Source: Balanoglossus misakiensis (lineage: Eukaryota; Animalia; Hemichordata). From it: a stretch of DNA of 64,000 bases. The notes under the pieces were generated by a model. It did not search any database, was not told where the DNA came from, and worked only from the letters and a program-made list of their open reading frames with translations. Position numbers and translations under genes: made by a program. Where the stretch lies: positions 8,943,097 to 9,007,096 of the forward strand of contig CM082598.2 of the NCBI GenBank assembly GCA_040954595.2. The letters run 5' to 3'. Positions 24,001 to 37,300 of this stretch are shown in pieces (the first letter of the stretch is position 1; every line of letters starts with the position of its first letter).

Positions 24001-24961
24001 ACGACACTTCATGCTCCATAATATTTCCGAACAAATTACCATTTTTGTCAAAATATGGCCAAAATGGCTATTTTTTTCTTGAATTCCGTCAAAATCTCTG
24101 CATTTTTGGAGTGGTCGAAACTTTTAACATACAATCAACATGTCATATAAGATCAGGGCACCAAATTCGAAGAACAAAGGTTTTGTTATTTTTTTTTCTA
24201 AAAATGACATTTTCAAGGAAAATTTGGTAAAACGCAATTTTGTCTGTAGTGAGCCAAATTAGACGGTCTTTTGTGGAATTTGTATCGATATTTACATACG
24301 AAGAGCATTCTATACTCCATCAGATTTCCGAAAATGTAGAAAAAAGGTATTTTTTGTAATTTTCAAAAATTTACCATTTTGACAAAATTGTGGCTAAAAT
24401 TGTTATTTTCGTGTTGAATGCCGCCAGTGTCACTGCTTTTAAAATTCATAAAAACTTTTAACATACAAGCAATTGTTTATATATGATCAGGTCACCGAAT
24501 TGAAAAAATAAATAAAGTTTTGCCTAAAAATGACCTTTTGGTGCAAAAACGAATAAAACGCAATTTTGTATTAAATCAGCTCATTCAGAGTGCATTTTTT
24601 ATAATCAGCACCATTTTTACATATAATGGAAATTTCATACATCATCAGATATCCAAATATGAAAAAATGATTTAGATTTTAGATGATTGTCCAAAATTAG
24701 CTGATATCTAATAAATGTAGTATTGAACCGTTCTGTCCCCCCCCCCCCCTTACATTATATGCGGTACGCCGATGTCAGCTTACCCGGCAGTACTGCAGGC
24801 CGTGCCCCCAACTAACGTCGGTGTTTGAAACGCCCTGGTTAAATTCGGGCTTTCTCTATAAATTGACAGGCAATAATGCAGGCCTACCCGAACAAATGTC
24901 GAGTGTTGACCCGCTGTGACTTTCCCTCTTCGGTTTGTCCGACTTAGCCAACGTCTTTGTA

Positions 24962-25350
24962 CTAGAGTGTCGGTCTTTTGCAGAGCCAGGCCGAAGGAAA
25001 TCCGACTTGATCACCGTTGCTAACGAACGCTAGTGTCTGTCATGGTGTGCCGGGGTTTTATTCGAGCCAGGCCGTAGGAGATCAGACTTGATCAACGTGG
25101 TCTCTGTACGCGTGTTTCTGCTCTAGAGTGCCGGGGCTTTATCCAAGCCGTGCCGTAGAAAATCTGACTTGATCACCGTTGCTAACGTACGCTAGTGTCT
25201 GTCATATTGTGACGGAGATTTAGCTGAGCCAGGCCGTAGAAAAATCGACTTGTTCAACGTTACCAGTGTGCAACTGTTTCTGCTCTAGAGTGTCAGAGTT
25301 TTAGCCGACTTATGCTGTAGGAAATCTGAGTTGATGAACGGGAATTCAAC
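24962..25350. repeat. Contracted 81-bp array (5 monomers)
   Basis: Cores at 24990 and 25314 are 324 = 4x81 apart. Other 5-mers at ~28700-29090 and ~60391-60785. Confidence 0.93.
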
Positions 25351-28300
25351 ATTAGAAAACCCGTGTGGAAAGTATCTCTACCCGTTTGAAACTAAGAAAA
25401 GAATTTATTCTTATTTATTTTGTAAAAAAGACAATTTTTCGAAAAAAAAGTCGAAAATGGTAATTTTGTCTTGGGTGATTCAAATTATACCGCCTTTTCT
25501 GGAATTTGCAGCACTTTTTACAAGAGAACGACACTTCATGCTCCATAATATTTCCGAACAAATTACCATTTTTGTCAAAATATGGCCAAAATGGCTATTT
25601 TTTTCTTGAATTCCGTCAAAATCTCTGCATTTTTGGAGTGGTCGAAACTTTTAACATACAATCAACATGTCATATAAGATCAGGGCACCAAATTCGAAGA
25701 ACAAAGGTTTTGTTATTTTTTTTTCTAAAAATGACATTTTCAAGGAAAATTTGGTAAAACGCAATTTTGTCTGTAGTGAGCCAAATTAGACGGTCTTTTG
25801 TGGAATTTGTATCGATATTTACATACGAAGAGCATTCTATACTCCATCAGATTTCCGAAAATGTAGAAAAAAGGTATTTTTTGTAATTTTCAAAAATTTA
25901 CCATTTTGACAAAATTGTGGCTAAAATTGTTATTTTCGTGTTGAATGCCGCCAGTGTCACTGCTTTTAAAATTCATAAAAACTTTTAACATACAAGCAAT
26001 TGTTTATATATGATCAGGTCACCGAATTGAAAAAATAAATAAAGTTTTGCCTAAAAATGACCTTTTGGTGCAAAAACGAATAAAACGCAATTTTGTATTA
26101 AATCAGCTCATTCAGAGTGCATTTTTTATAATCAGCACCATTTTTACATATAATGGAAATTTCATACATCATCAGATATCCAAATATGAAAAAATGATTT
26201 AGATTTTAGATGATTGTCCAAAATTAGCTGATATCTAATAAATGTAGTATTGAACCGTTCTGTCCCCCCCCCCTTACATTATATGCGGTACGCCGATGTC
26301 AGCTTACCCGGCAGTACTGCAGGCCGTGCCCCCAACTAACGTCGGTGTTTGAAACGCCCTGGTTAAATTCGGGCTTTCTCTATAAATTGACAGGCAATAA
26401 TGCAGGCCTACCCGAACAAATGTCGAGTGTTGACCCGCTGTGACTTTCCCTCTTCGGTTTGTCCGACTTAGCCAACGTCTTTGTACTAGAGTGTCGGGTC
26501 TTTTGCAGAGCCAGGCCGAAGGAAATCCGACTTGATCACCGTTGCTAACGAACGCTAGTGTCTGTCATGGTGTGCCGGGGTTTTATTCGAGCCAGGCCGT
26601 AGGAGATCTGACTTGATCATCGTGGTCAATGTACGCGTGTTTCCGCTCTAAAGTGCCGGGGCTTCAGCTAAACCAGGCCGTAGGAAATCCGACGTAATCA
26701 CCGTTGATAACTTACGCCAGTGTCTGTCATGGTGTGCCGGGGTTTTAGTCGAGCCGGGCCGTAGGAGATCTGACTTGATCATCGTGGTCAATGTACGCGT
26801 GTTTCCGCTCTAAAGAGCCGGGGCTTCAGCTAAACCAGACCGTAGGAAATCCGACGTAATCACCGTTGATAACTTACGCCAGTCTGTGTCATATAGAGCC
26901 GGTGCACCAGCCGAGTCACGCCGTAGGAAATCTGACTTGATCAACGTGGTCAATGTACGCCTGTTTCTGCTCTAGAGTTTCGGGGCTTCAGCTGAGCCAG
27001 GCCGTAGGAAACCCGACGTGATTACCGTTGTTAACTTACGCCAGTCTGTGTACTATAGAGCCGGTGCACCAGCCGAGTCACGCCGTAGGAAATCTGACTT
27101 GATCAACGTGGTCAATGTACGCCTGTTTCTGCTCTAGAGTGCCGGGGCTTCAGCTAAACCAGGCCGTAGGAAATCCGACGTAATCACCGTTGTTAACTTA
27201 CGCCAGTCTGTGTCATATAGAGCCGGTGCACCAGCCGAGTCACGCCGAAGGAAATCTGACTTGATCAACGTGGTCTCTGTACGCATGTTTCTGCTCTAGA
27301 GTGCCGGGGCTTTATCCAAGCCATGCCGTAGAAAATCTGACTTGATCACCGTTGCTAACGTACGCTAGTGTCTGTCATATTGTGACGGAGATTTAGCTGA
27401 GCCAGGCCGTAGACAAATCGACTTGTTCAACGTTACCAGTGTGCAACTGTTTCTGCTCTAGAGTGTCAGAGTTTTAGCCGACTTATGCTGTAGGAAATCT
27501 GAGTTGATGAACGGGAATTCAATATTAGAAAACCCGTGTGGAAAGTATCTCTACCCGTTTGAAACTAAGAAAAGAATTTATTCTTATTTATTTTGTAAAA
27601 AAGACAATTTTTCGAAAAAAAGTCGAAAATGGTAATTTTGTCTTGGGTGATTCAAATTATACCGCCTTTTCTGGAATTTGCAGCACTTTTTACAAGAGAA
27701 CGACACTTCATGCTCCATAATATTTCCGAAAATGAAGAAAAGAGTTAATTTTTTATGATTTTTTAAAAATTTACCACTTTTGTCAGAATATGGCCAAAAT
27801 GGCTATTTTTTCTTGAATTCCGTCAATATCTCTGCATTTTTGGAGTGGTCGAAACTTTTAACATACAATCAACATGTCATATATAATCAGGGCACCGAAT
27901 TCGAAGAACAATTAAAGCTTTTTTTAATTATTTTTCTAAAAATGACATTTTCAAGCAAAATTTGATAACATGCAATTTTGTCTGCAGTGAGCCAAATTAG
28001 ACTGTCTTTTGTGGTATTTGTATCGATATATACATACGAAGGGCATTCTATACTCCATCAGATTACCGAAAATGTAGAAAACATTTATTTTTCGTAATTT
28101 TCAAAAATTTACCATTTTTGACCAAAATGTGGCTGAAATTGTTATTTTCGTCTTGAATGCCGCCAGTGTCACTGCTTTTAAGAGTCATAAAAACTTTTAA
28201 CATACAAGCAATTGTTTATATATGATCAGGTCACCGAATCAAAAAAATAAAGAATGTTTTGCCTGAAAATGACCTTTTTGGTGCAAAAACGAATAAAACG

Positions 28301-31300
28301 CAATTTTGTATTAAATCAGCTCATTCAGAGTGCATTTTTTATAATCAGCACCATTTTTACATATAATGGAAATTTCATACATCATCAGATATTCAAATAT
28401 GAAAAAATGATTTAGATTTTAGATGATTGTCCAAAATTAGCTGATATCTAATAAATGTAGTATTGAACCGTTCTGTCCCCCCCCCCCCCTACATTATATG
28501 CGGTACGCCGATGTCAGCTTACCCGGCAGTACTGCAGGCCGTGCCCCCAACTAACGTCGGTGTTTGAAACGCCCTGGTTAAATTCGGGCTTTCTCTATAA
28601 ATTGACAGGCAATAATGCAGGCCTACCCGAACAAATGTCGAGTGTTGACCCGCTGTGACTTTCCCTCTTCGGTTTGTCCGACTTAGCCAACGTCTTTGTA
28701 CCAGAGTGTCGGGTCTTTTGCAGAGCCAGGCCGAAGGAAATCCGACTTGATCACCGTTGGTAACGAACGCTGGTGTCTGTCATGGTGTGCCGGGGTTTTA
28801 GTCGAGCCAAGCCGTAGGAGATCAGACTTGATCAACGTGGTCTCTGTACGCGTGTTTCTGCTCTAGAGTGCCGGGGCTTTATCCAAGCCGTGCCGTAGAA
28901 AATCTGACTTGATCACCGTTGCTAACGTACGCTAGTGTCTGTCATATTGTGACGGAGATTTAGCTGAGCCAGGCCGTAGACAAATCGACTTGTTCAACGT
29001 TACCAGTGTGCAACTGTTTCTGCTCTAGAGTGTCAGAGTTTTAGCCGACTTATGCTGTAGGAAATCTGAGTTGATGAACGGGAATTCAACATTAGAAAAC
29101 CCGTGTGGAAAGTATCTCTACCCGTTTGAAACTAAGAAAAGAATTTATTCTTATTTATTTTGTAAAAAAGACAATTTTTCGAAAAAAAAGTCGAAAATGG
29201 TAATTTTGTCTTGGGTGATTCAAATTATACCGCCTTTTCTGGAATTTGCAGCACTTTTTACAAGAGAACGACACTTCATGCTCCATAATATTTCCGAACA
29301 AATTACCATTTTTGTCAAAATATGGCCAAAATGGCTATTTTTTTCTTGAATTCCGTCAAAATCTCTGCATTTTTGGAGTGGTCGAAACTTTTAACATACA
29401 ATCAACATGTCATATAAGATCAGGGCACCAAATTCGAAGAACAAAGGTTTTGTTATTTTTTTTTCTAAAAATGACATTTTCAAGGAAAATTTGGTAAAAC
29501 GCAATTTTGTCTGTAGTGAGCCAAATTAGACGGTCTTTTGTGGAATTTGTATCGATATTTACATACGAAGAGCATTCTATACTCCATCAGATTTCCGAAA
29601 ATGTAGAAAAAAGGTATTTTTTGTAATTTTCAAAAATTTACCATTTTGACAAAATTGTGGCTAAAATTGTTATTTTCGTGTTGAATGCCGCCAGTGTCAC
29701 TGCTTTTAAAATTCATAAAAACTTTTAACATACAAGCAATTGTTTATATATGATCAGGTCACCGAATTGAAAAAATAAATAAAGTTTTGCCTAAAAATGA
29801 CCTTTTGGTGCAAAAACGAATAAAACGCAATTTTGTATTAAATCAGCTCATTCAGAGTGCATTTTTTATAATCAGCACCATTTTTACATATAATGGAAAT
29901 TTCATACATCATCAGATATCCAAATATGAAAAAATGATTTAGATTTTAGATGATTGTCCAAAATTAGCTGATATCTAATAAATGTAGTATTGAACCGTTC
30001 TGTCCCCCCCCCCTTACATTATATGCGGTACGCCGATGTCAGCTTACCCGGCAGTACTGCAGGCCGTGCCCCCAACTAACGTCGGTGTTTGAAACGCCCT
30101 GGTTAAATTCGGGCTTTCTCTATAAATTGACAGGCAATAATGCAGTCCTACCCGAACAAATGTCGAGTGTTGACCCGCTGTGACTTTCCCTCTTCGGTTT
30201 GCCCGACTTAGCCAACGTCTTTGTACCAGAGTGTCGGGTCTTTTGCAGAGCCAGGCCGAAGGAAATCCGACTTGATCACCGTTGGTAACGAACGCTGGTG
30301 TCTGTCATGGTGTGCCGGGGTTTTAGTCGAGCCAGGCCGTAGGAGATCTGACTTGATCATCGTGGTCAATGTACGCGTGTTTCCGCTCTAAAGTGCCGGG
30401 GCTTCAGCTAAACCAGGCCGTAGGAAATCCGACGTAATCACCGTTGATAACTTACGCCAGTCTGTGTCATATAGAGCCGGTGCACCAGCCGAGTCACGCC
30501 GTAGGAAATCTGACTTGATCAACGTGGTCAATGTACGCCTGTTTCTGCTCTAGAGTTTCGGGCTTCAGCTGAGCCAGGCCGAAGGAAACCCGACGTGATT
30601 ACCGTTGTTAACTTACGCCAGTCTGTGTACTATAGAGCCGGTGCACCAGCCGAGTCACGCCGTAGGAAATCTGACTTGATCAACGTGGTCAATGTACGCA
30701 TGTTTCTGCTCTAGAGTGCCGGGGCTTCAGCTGAGCCAAGCCGTAGGAAACCCGACGTGATTACCGTTGTTAACTTACGCCAGTCTGTGTCCTATATATA
30801 GTGCCGGGGCATCAGCCGTGCCAGGCCGAAGGAAATGTGAGTAGATCAACGTGGTCTCTGTACGCGTGTTTCTGCTCTAGAGTGCCGGGGTTTTATCCAA
30901 GCCATGCCGTAGAAAATCTGACTTGATCACCGTTGCTAACGTACGCTATTGTCTGTCATATTGTGACGGAGATTTAGCTGAGCCAGGCCGTAGAAAAATC
31001 GACTTGTTCAACGTTACCAGTGTGCAACTGTTTCTGCTCTAGAGTGTCAGAGTTTTAGCCGACTTATGCTGTAGGAAATCTGAGTTGATGAACGGGAATT
31101 CAATATTAGAAAACCCGTGTGGAAAGTATCTCTACCCGTTTGAAACTAAGAAAAGAATTTATTCTTATTTATTTTGTAAAAAAGACAATTTTTCGAAAAA
31201 AAGTCGAAAATGGTAATTTTGTCTCGGGTGATTCAAATTATACCGCCTTTTCTGGAATTTGCAGTACTTTTTACAAGAGAACGACACTTCATGCTCCATA

Positions 31301-34300
31301 ATATTTCCGAAAATTAATAAAAGAGTTAATTTTTTATGATTTTTTAAAAATTTATCGTTTTTGTCAAAATATGGCCAAAATGGCTATTTTTTCTTGAATG
31401 TTGTCAATATCTCTGCATTTTTGGAGTGGTCGAAAGTTTTAACATACAATCAACATGTCATATATGATCAGGGCACCAAATTCGAAGAACAAAGGTTTTT
31501 TTATTTTTTTTTCTAAAAATGACATTTTCGAGGAAAATTTGGTAAAACGCAATTTTGTCTGCAGTGAGCCAAATTAGACTGTCTTTTGTGGAATTTGTAT
31601 TGATATATTCATACGAAGAGCATTCTATACTCCATCAGATTTCCGAAAATGTAGAAAACAGGTATTTTTTGTAATTTTCAAAAATTTACCATTTTGACCA
31701 AATTATGGCTAAAATTGTTATTTTCCTCTTGGACGCCGCCAGTGTCACTGCTTTTAAGAGTCCTAAAAACTTTTAACATACAAGCAATTGTTTATATATG
31801 ATCAGGTCACCGAATTAAAAAAATAAAGAATGTTTTGCCTAAAAATGACCTTTTTAGTGCAAAAAATGAATAAAACGCAATTTTGTATTAAATCAGCTCA
31901 TTCAGAGTGCATTTTTAGAATCAGCACCATTTTTACATATTATGGACATTTCATACATCATCAGATATCCAAATTTGAAATAAATGATTTAGATTTTAGC
32001 TGATTGTCCAAAATTAGCTGATATCTAATAAATGTAGTATTGAACCATTCTGTCCCCCCTCCCCCCTACATTATATGCGGTACGCCGATGTCAGCTTACC
32101 CGGCAGTACTGCAGGCCGTGCCCCCAACTAACGTCGGTGTTTGAAACGCCCTGGTTAAATTCGGGCTTTCTCTATAAATTGACAGGCAATAATGCAGTCC
32201 TACCCGAACAAATGTCGAGTGTTGACCCGCTGTGACTTTCCCTCTTCGGTTTGCCCGACTTAGCCAACGTCTTTGTACTAGAGTGTCGGGTCTTTTACAG
32301 AGCCAGGCCGAAGGAAATCCGACTTGATCACCGTTGCTAACGAACGCTAGTGTCTGTCATGGTGTGCCGGGGTTTTAGTCGAGCCAGGCCGTAGGAGATC
32401 TGACTTGATCATCGTGGTCAATGTACGCGTGTTTCCGCTCTAAAGTGCCGGGGCTTCAGCTAAACCAGGCCGTAGGAAATCCGACGTAATCACCGTTGAT
32501 AACTTACGCCAGTCTGTGTCATATAGAGTCGGTGTACCAGCCGAGTCACGCCGTAGGAAATCTGACTTGATCAACGTGGTCAATGTACGCCTGTTTCTGC
32601 TCTAGAGTGCCGGGGCTTCAGCTGAGCCAGGCCGTAGGAAACCCGACGTGATTACCGTTGTTAACTTACGCCAGTCTGTGTCCTATATATAGTGCCGGGG
32701 TATCAGCCGTGCCAGGCCGAAGGAAATGTGAGTAGACCAACGTGGTCTCTGTACGCGTGTTTCTGCTCTAGAGTGCCAGGGCTTTAGCCAAGCCATGCCG
32801 TAGGAAATCTGACTTGATCAACGTTGCTAACGAACGCTAGTGTCTGTCATAGTGTGCCGGGGTTTTAGTCGAGCCAAGCCGTAGGAGATCAGACTTGATC
32901 AACGTGGTCTCTGTACGCGTGTTTCTGCTCTAGAGTGCCGGGGCTTTATCCAAGCCGTGCCGTAGAAAATCTGACTTGATCACCGTTGCTAACGTACGCT
33001 AGTGTCTGTCATATTGTGACGGAGATTTAGCCGAGCCAGGCCGTAGAAAAATCGACTTGTTCAACGTTACCAGTGTGCAACTGTTTCTGCTCTAGAGTGT
33101 CAGGGTTTTAGCCGACTTATGCTGTAGCAAATCTGAGTTGATGAACGGGAATTCAATGTTAGAAAACCCGTGTGGAAAGTATCTCTACCCGTTTGAAACT
33201 AAGAAAAGAATTTATTCTTATTTATTTTGTAAAAAAGACAATTTTTCGAAAAAAAGTCGAAAATGGTAATTTTGTCTTGGGTGATTCAAATTATACCGCC
33301 TTTCCTGGAATTTGCAGCACTTTTTACAAGAGAACGACACTTCATGCTCCATAATATTTCCGAAAATGAAGAAAAGATTTAATTTTTTATGATTTTTTAC
33401 AAATTTACCGTTTTTGTCAAAATATGGCCAAAATGACTATTTTTTCTTGAATTCCGTCAATATCTCTGCATTTTTGGAGTGGTCGAAACTTTTAACATAC
33501 AATCAACATGTCATATATAATCAGGGCACCGAATTCGAAGAACAATTAAAGCTTTTTTTAATTGTTTTTCTAAAAATGACATTTTCAAGCAAAATTTAAT
33601 AACATGCAATTTTGTCTGCAATGAGCCAAATTAGACTGTCTTTTGTGGAAATTGTATCGATATATACAAACGACGGGCATTCTATACTCCATCAGATTAC
33701 AGAAAATGTAGAAAACAGTTATTTTTCGTTATTTTCAAAAATTTACCATTTTTGACCAAAATGTGGCTAAAATTGTTATTTTCGTCTTGAACGCCGCCAG
33801 TGTCACTGCTTTTAAGAGTCATAAAAACTTTTAACATACAAGCAATTGTTTATATATAATCAGGTCACCGAATTCAAAAAATAAAGAATGTTTTGCATAA
33901 AAATGACCTTTTTAGTGCAAACAATGAATAAAACGCTATTTTGTATTAAATCAGCTCATTCAGAGTGCATTTTTAGAATCAGCACCATTTTTACATATAA
34001 TGGACATTTCATACATCATCAGATATCCAAATATGAAAAAATGATTTAGATTTTAGCTGATTGTCCAAAATTAGCTGATATCTAATAAATGTAGTATTGA
34101 ACCATTCTGTTCCCCCCCCCCCCTACATTATATGCGGTACGCCGATGTCAACTTACCCGGCAGTACTGCAGGCCGTGTCCCCAACTAACGTCGGTGTTTG
34201 AAACGCCCTGGTTAAATTCGGGCTTTCTCTATAAATTGACAGGCAATAATGCAGGCCTACCCGAACAAATGTCGAGTGTTGACCCGCTGTGACTTTCCCT

Positions 34301-37300
34301 CTTCGGTTTGTCCGACTTAGCCAACGTCTTTGTACTAGAGTGTCGGGTCTTTTGCAGAGCCAGGCCGAAGGAAATCCGACTTGATCACCGTTGCTAACGA
34401 ACGCTAGTGTCTGTCATGGTGTGCCGGGGTTTTATTCGAGCCAGGCCGTAGGAGATCTGACTTGATCATCGTGGTCAATGTACGCGTGTTTCCGCTCTAA
34501 AGTGCCGGGGCTTCAGCTAAACCAGGCCGTAGGAAATCCGACGTAATCACCGTTGATAACTTACGCCAGTGTCTGTCATGGTGTGCCGGGGTTTTAGTCG
34601 AGCCGGGCCGTAGGAGATCTGACTTGATCATCGTGGTCAATGTACGCGTGTTTCCGCTCTAAAGTGCCGGGGCTTCAGCTAAACCAGGCCGTTAGAAATC
34701 CGACGTAATCACCGTTGATAACTTACGCCAGTCTGTGTCATATAGAGCCGGTGCACCAGCGGAGTCACGCCGTAGGAAATCTGACTTGATCAACGTGGTC
34801 AATGTACACCTGTTTCTGCTCTAGAGTGCCGGGGCTTCAGCTAAACCAGGCCGTAGGAAATCCGACGTAATCACCGTTGATAACTTACGCCAGTCTGTGT
34901 CATATAGAGCCGGTGCACCAGCCGAGTCACGCCGTAGGAAATCTGACTTGATCAACGTGGTCTCTGTACGCATGTTTCTGCTCTAGAGTGCCGGGGCTTT
35001 ATCCAAGCCATGCCGTAGAAAATCTGACTTGATCACCGTTGCTAACGTACGCTAGTGTCTGTCATATTGTGACGGAGATTTAGCTGAGCCAGGCCGTAGA
35101 CAAATCGACTTGTTCAACGTTACCAGTGTGCAACTGTTTCTGCTCTAGAGTGTCAGAGTTTTAGCCGACTTATGCTGTAGGAAATCTGAGTTGATGAACG
35201 GGAATTCAATATTAGAAAACCCGTGTGGAAAGTATCTCTACCCGTTTGAAACTAAGAAAAGAATTTATTCTTGTTTATTTTGTAAAAAAGACAATTTTTC
35301 GAAAAAAAGTCGAAAATGGTAATTTTGTCTTGGGTGATTCAAATTATACCGCCTTTTCTGGAATTTGCAGCACTTTTTACAAGAGAACGACACTTCATGC
35401 TCCATAATATTTCCGAAAATGAAGAAAAGAGTTAATTTTTTATGATTTTTTAAAAATTTACCACTTTTGTCAAAATATGGCCAAAATGGCTATTTTTTCT
35501 TGAATTCCGTCAATATCTCTGCATTTTTGGAGTGGTCGAAACTTTTAACATACAATCAACATGTCATATATAATCAGGGCACCGAATTCGAAGAACAATT
35601 AAAGCTTTTTTTACTTATTTTTCTAAAAATGACATTTTCAAGCAAAATTTGATAACATGCAATTTTGTCTGCAGTGAGCCAAATTAGACTGTCTTTTGTG
35701 GTATTTGTATCGATATATACATACGAAGGGCATTCTATACTCCATCAGATTACCGAAAATGTAGAAAACATTTATTTTTCGTAATTTTCAAAAATTTACC
35801 ATTTTTGACCAAAATGTGGCTGAAATTGTTATTTTCGTCTTGAATGCCGCCAGTGTCACTGCTTTTAAGAGTCATAAAAACTTTTAACATACAAGCAATT
35901 GTTTATATATGATCAGGTCACCGAATTAAAAAAATAAAGAATGTTTTGCCTGAAAATGACCTTTTTGGTGCAAAAACGAATAAAACGCAATTTTGTATTA
36001 AATCAGCTCATTCAGAGTGCATTTTTTATAATCAGCACCATTTTTACATATAATGGAAATATCATACATCATCAGATATTCAAATATGAAAAAATGATTT
36101 AGATTTTAGATGATTGTCCAAAATTAGCTGATATCTAATAAATGTAGTATTGAACCGTTCTGTCCCCCCCCCCCCACCCCTACATTATATGCGGTACGCC
36201 GATGTCAGCTTACCCGGCAGTACTGGAGGCCGTGCCCCCAACTAACGTCGGTGTTTGAAACGCCCTGGTTAAATTCGGGCTTTCTCTATAAATTGACAGG
36301 CAATAATGCAGTCCTACCCGAACAAATGTCGAGTGTTGACCCGCTGTGACTTTCCTTCTTCGGTTTGCCCGACTTAGCCAACGTCTTTGTACCAGAGTGT
36401 CGGGTCTTTTGCAGAGCCAGGCCGAAGGAAATCCGACTTGATCACCGTTGCTAACGAACGCTAGTGTCTGTCATGGTGTGCCGGGGTTTTAGTCGAGCCA
36501 GGCCGTAGGAGATCTGACTTGATCATCGTGGTCAATGTACGCGTGTTTCCGCTCTAAAGTGCCGGGGCTTCAGCTAAACCAGGCCGTAGGAAATCCGACG
36601 TAATCACCGTTGATAACTTACGCCAGTCTGTGTCATATAGAGCCGGTGCACCAGCCGAGTCACGCCGTAGGAAATCTGACTTGATCAACGTGGTCAATGT
36701 ACGCCTGTTTCTGCTCTAGAGTTTCGGGGCTTCAGCTGAGCCAGGCCGTAGGAAACCCGACGTGATTACCGTTGTTAACTTACGCCAGTCTGTGTACTAT
36801 AGAGCCGGTGCACCAGCCGAGTCACGCCGTAGGAAATCTGACTTGATCAACGTGGTCAATGTACGCCTGTTTCTGCTCTAGAGTGCCGGGGCTTCAGCTA
36901 AACCAGGCCGTAGGAAATCCGACGTAATCACCGTTGTTAACTTACGCCAGTCTGTGTCATATAGAGCCGGTGCACCAGCCGAGTCACGCCGAAGGAAATC
37001 TGACTTGATCAACGTGGTCTCTGTACGCATGTTTCTGCTCTAGAGTGCCGGGGCTTTATCCAAGCCATGCCGTAGAAAATCTGACTTGATCACCGTTGCT
37101 AACGTACGCTAGTGTCTGTCATATTGTGACGGAGATTTAGCTGAGCCAGGCCGTAGACAAATCGACTTGTTCAACGTTACCAGTGTGCAACTGTTTCTGT
37201 TCTAGAGTGTCAGAGTTTTAGCCGACTTATGCTGTAGGAAATCTGAGTTGATGAACGGGAATTCAATATTAGAAAACCCGTGTGGAAAGTATCTCTACCC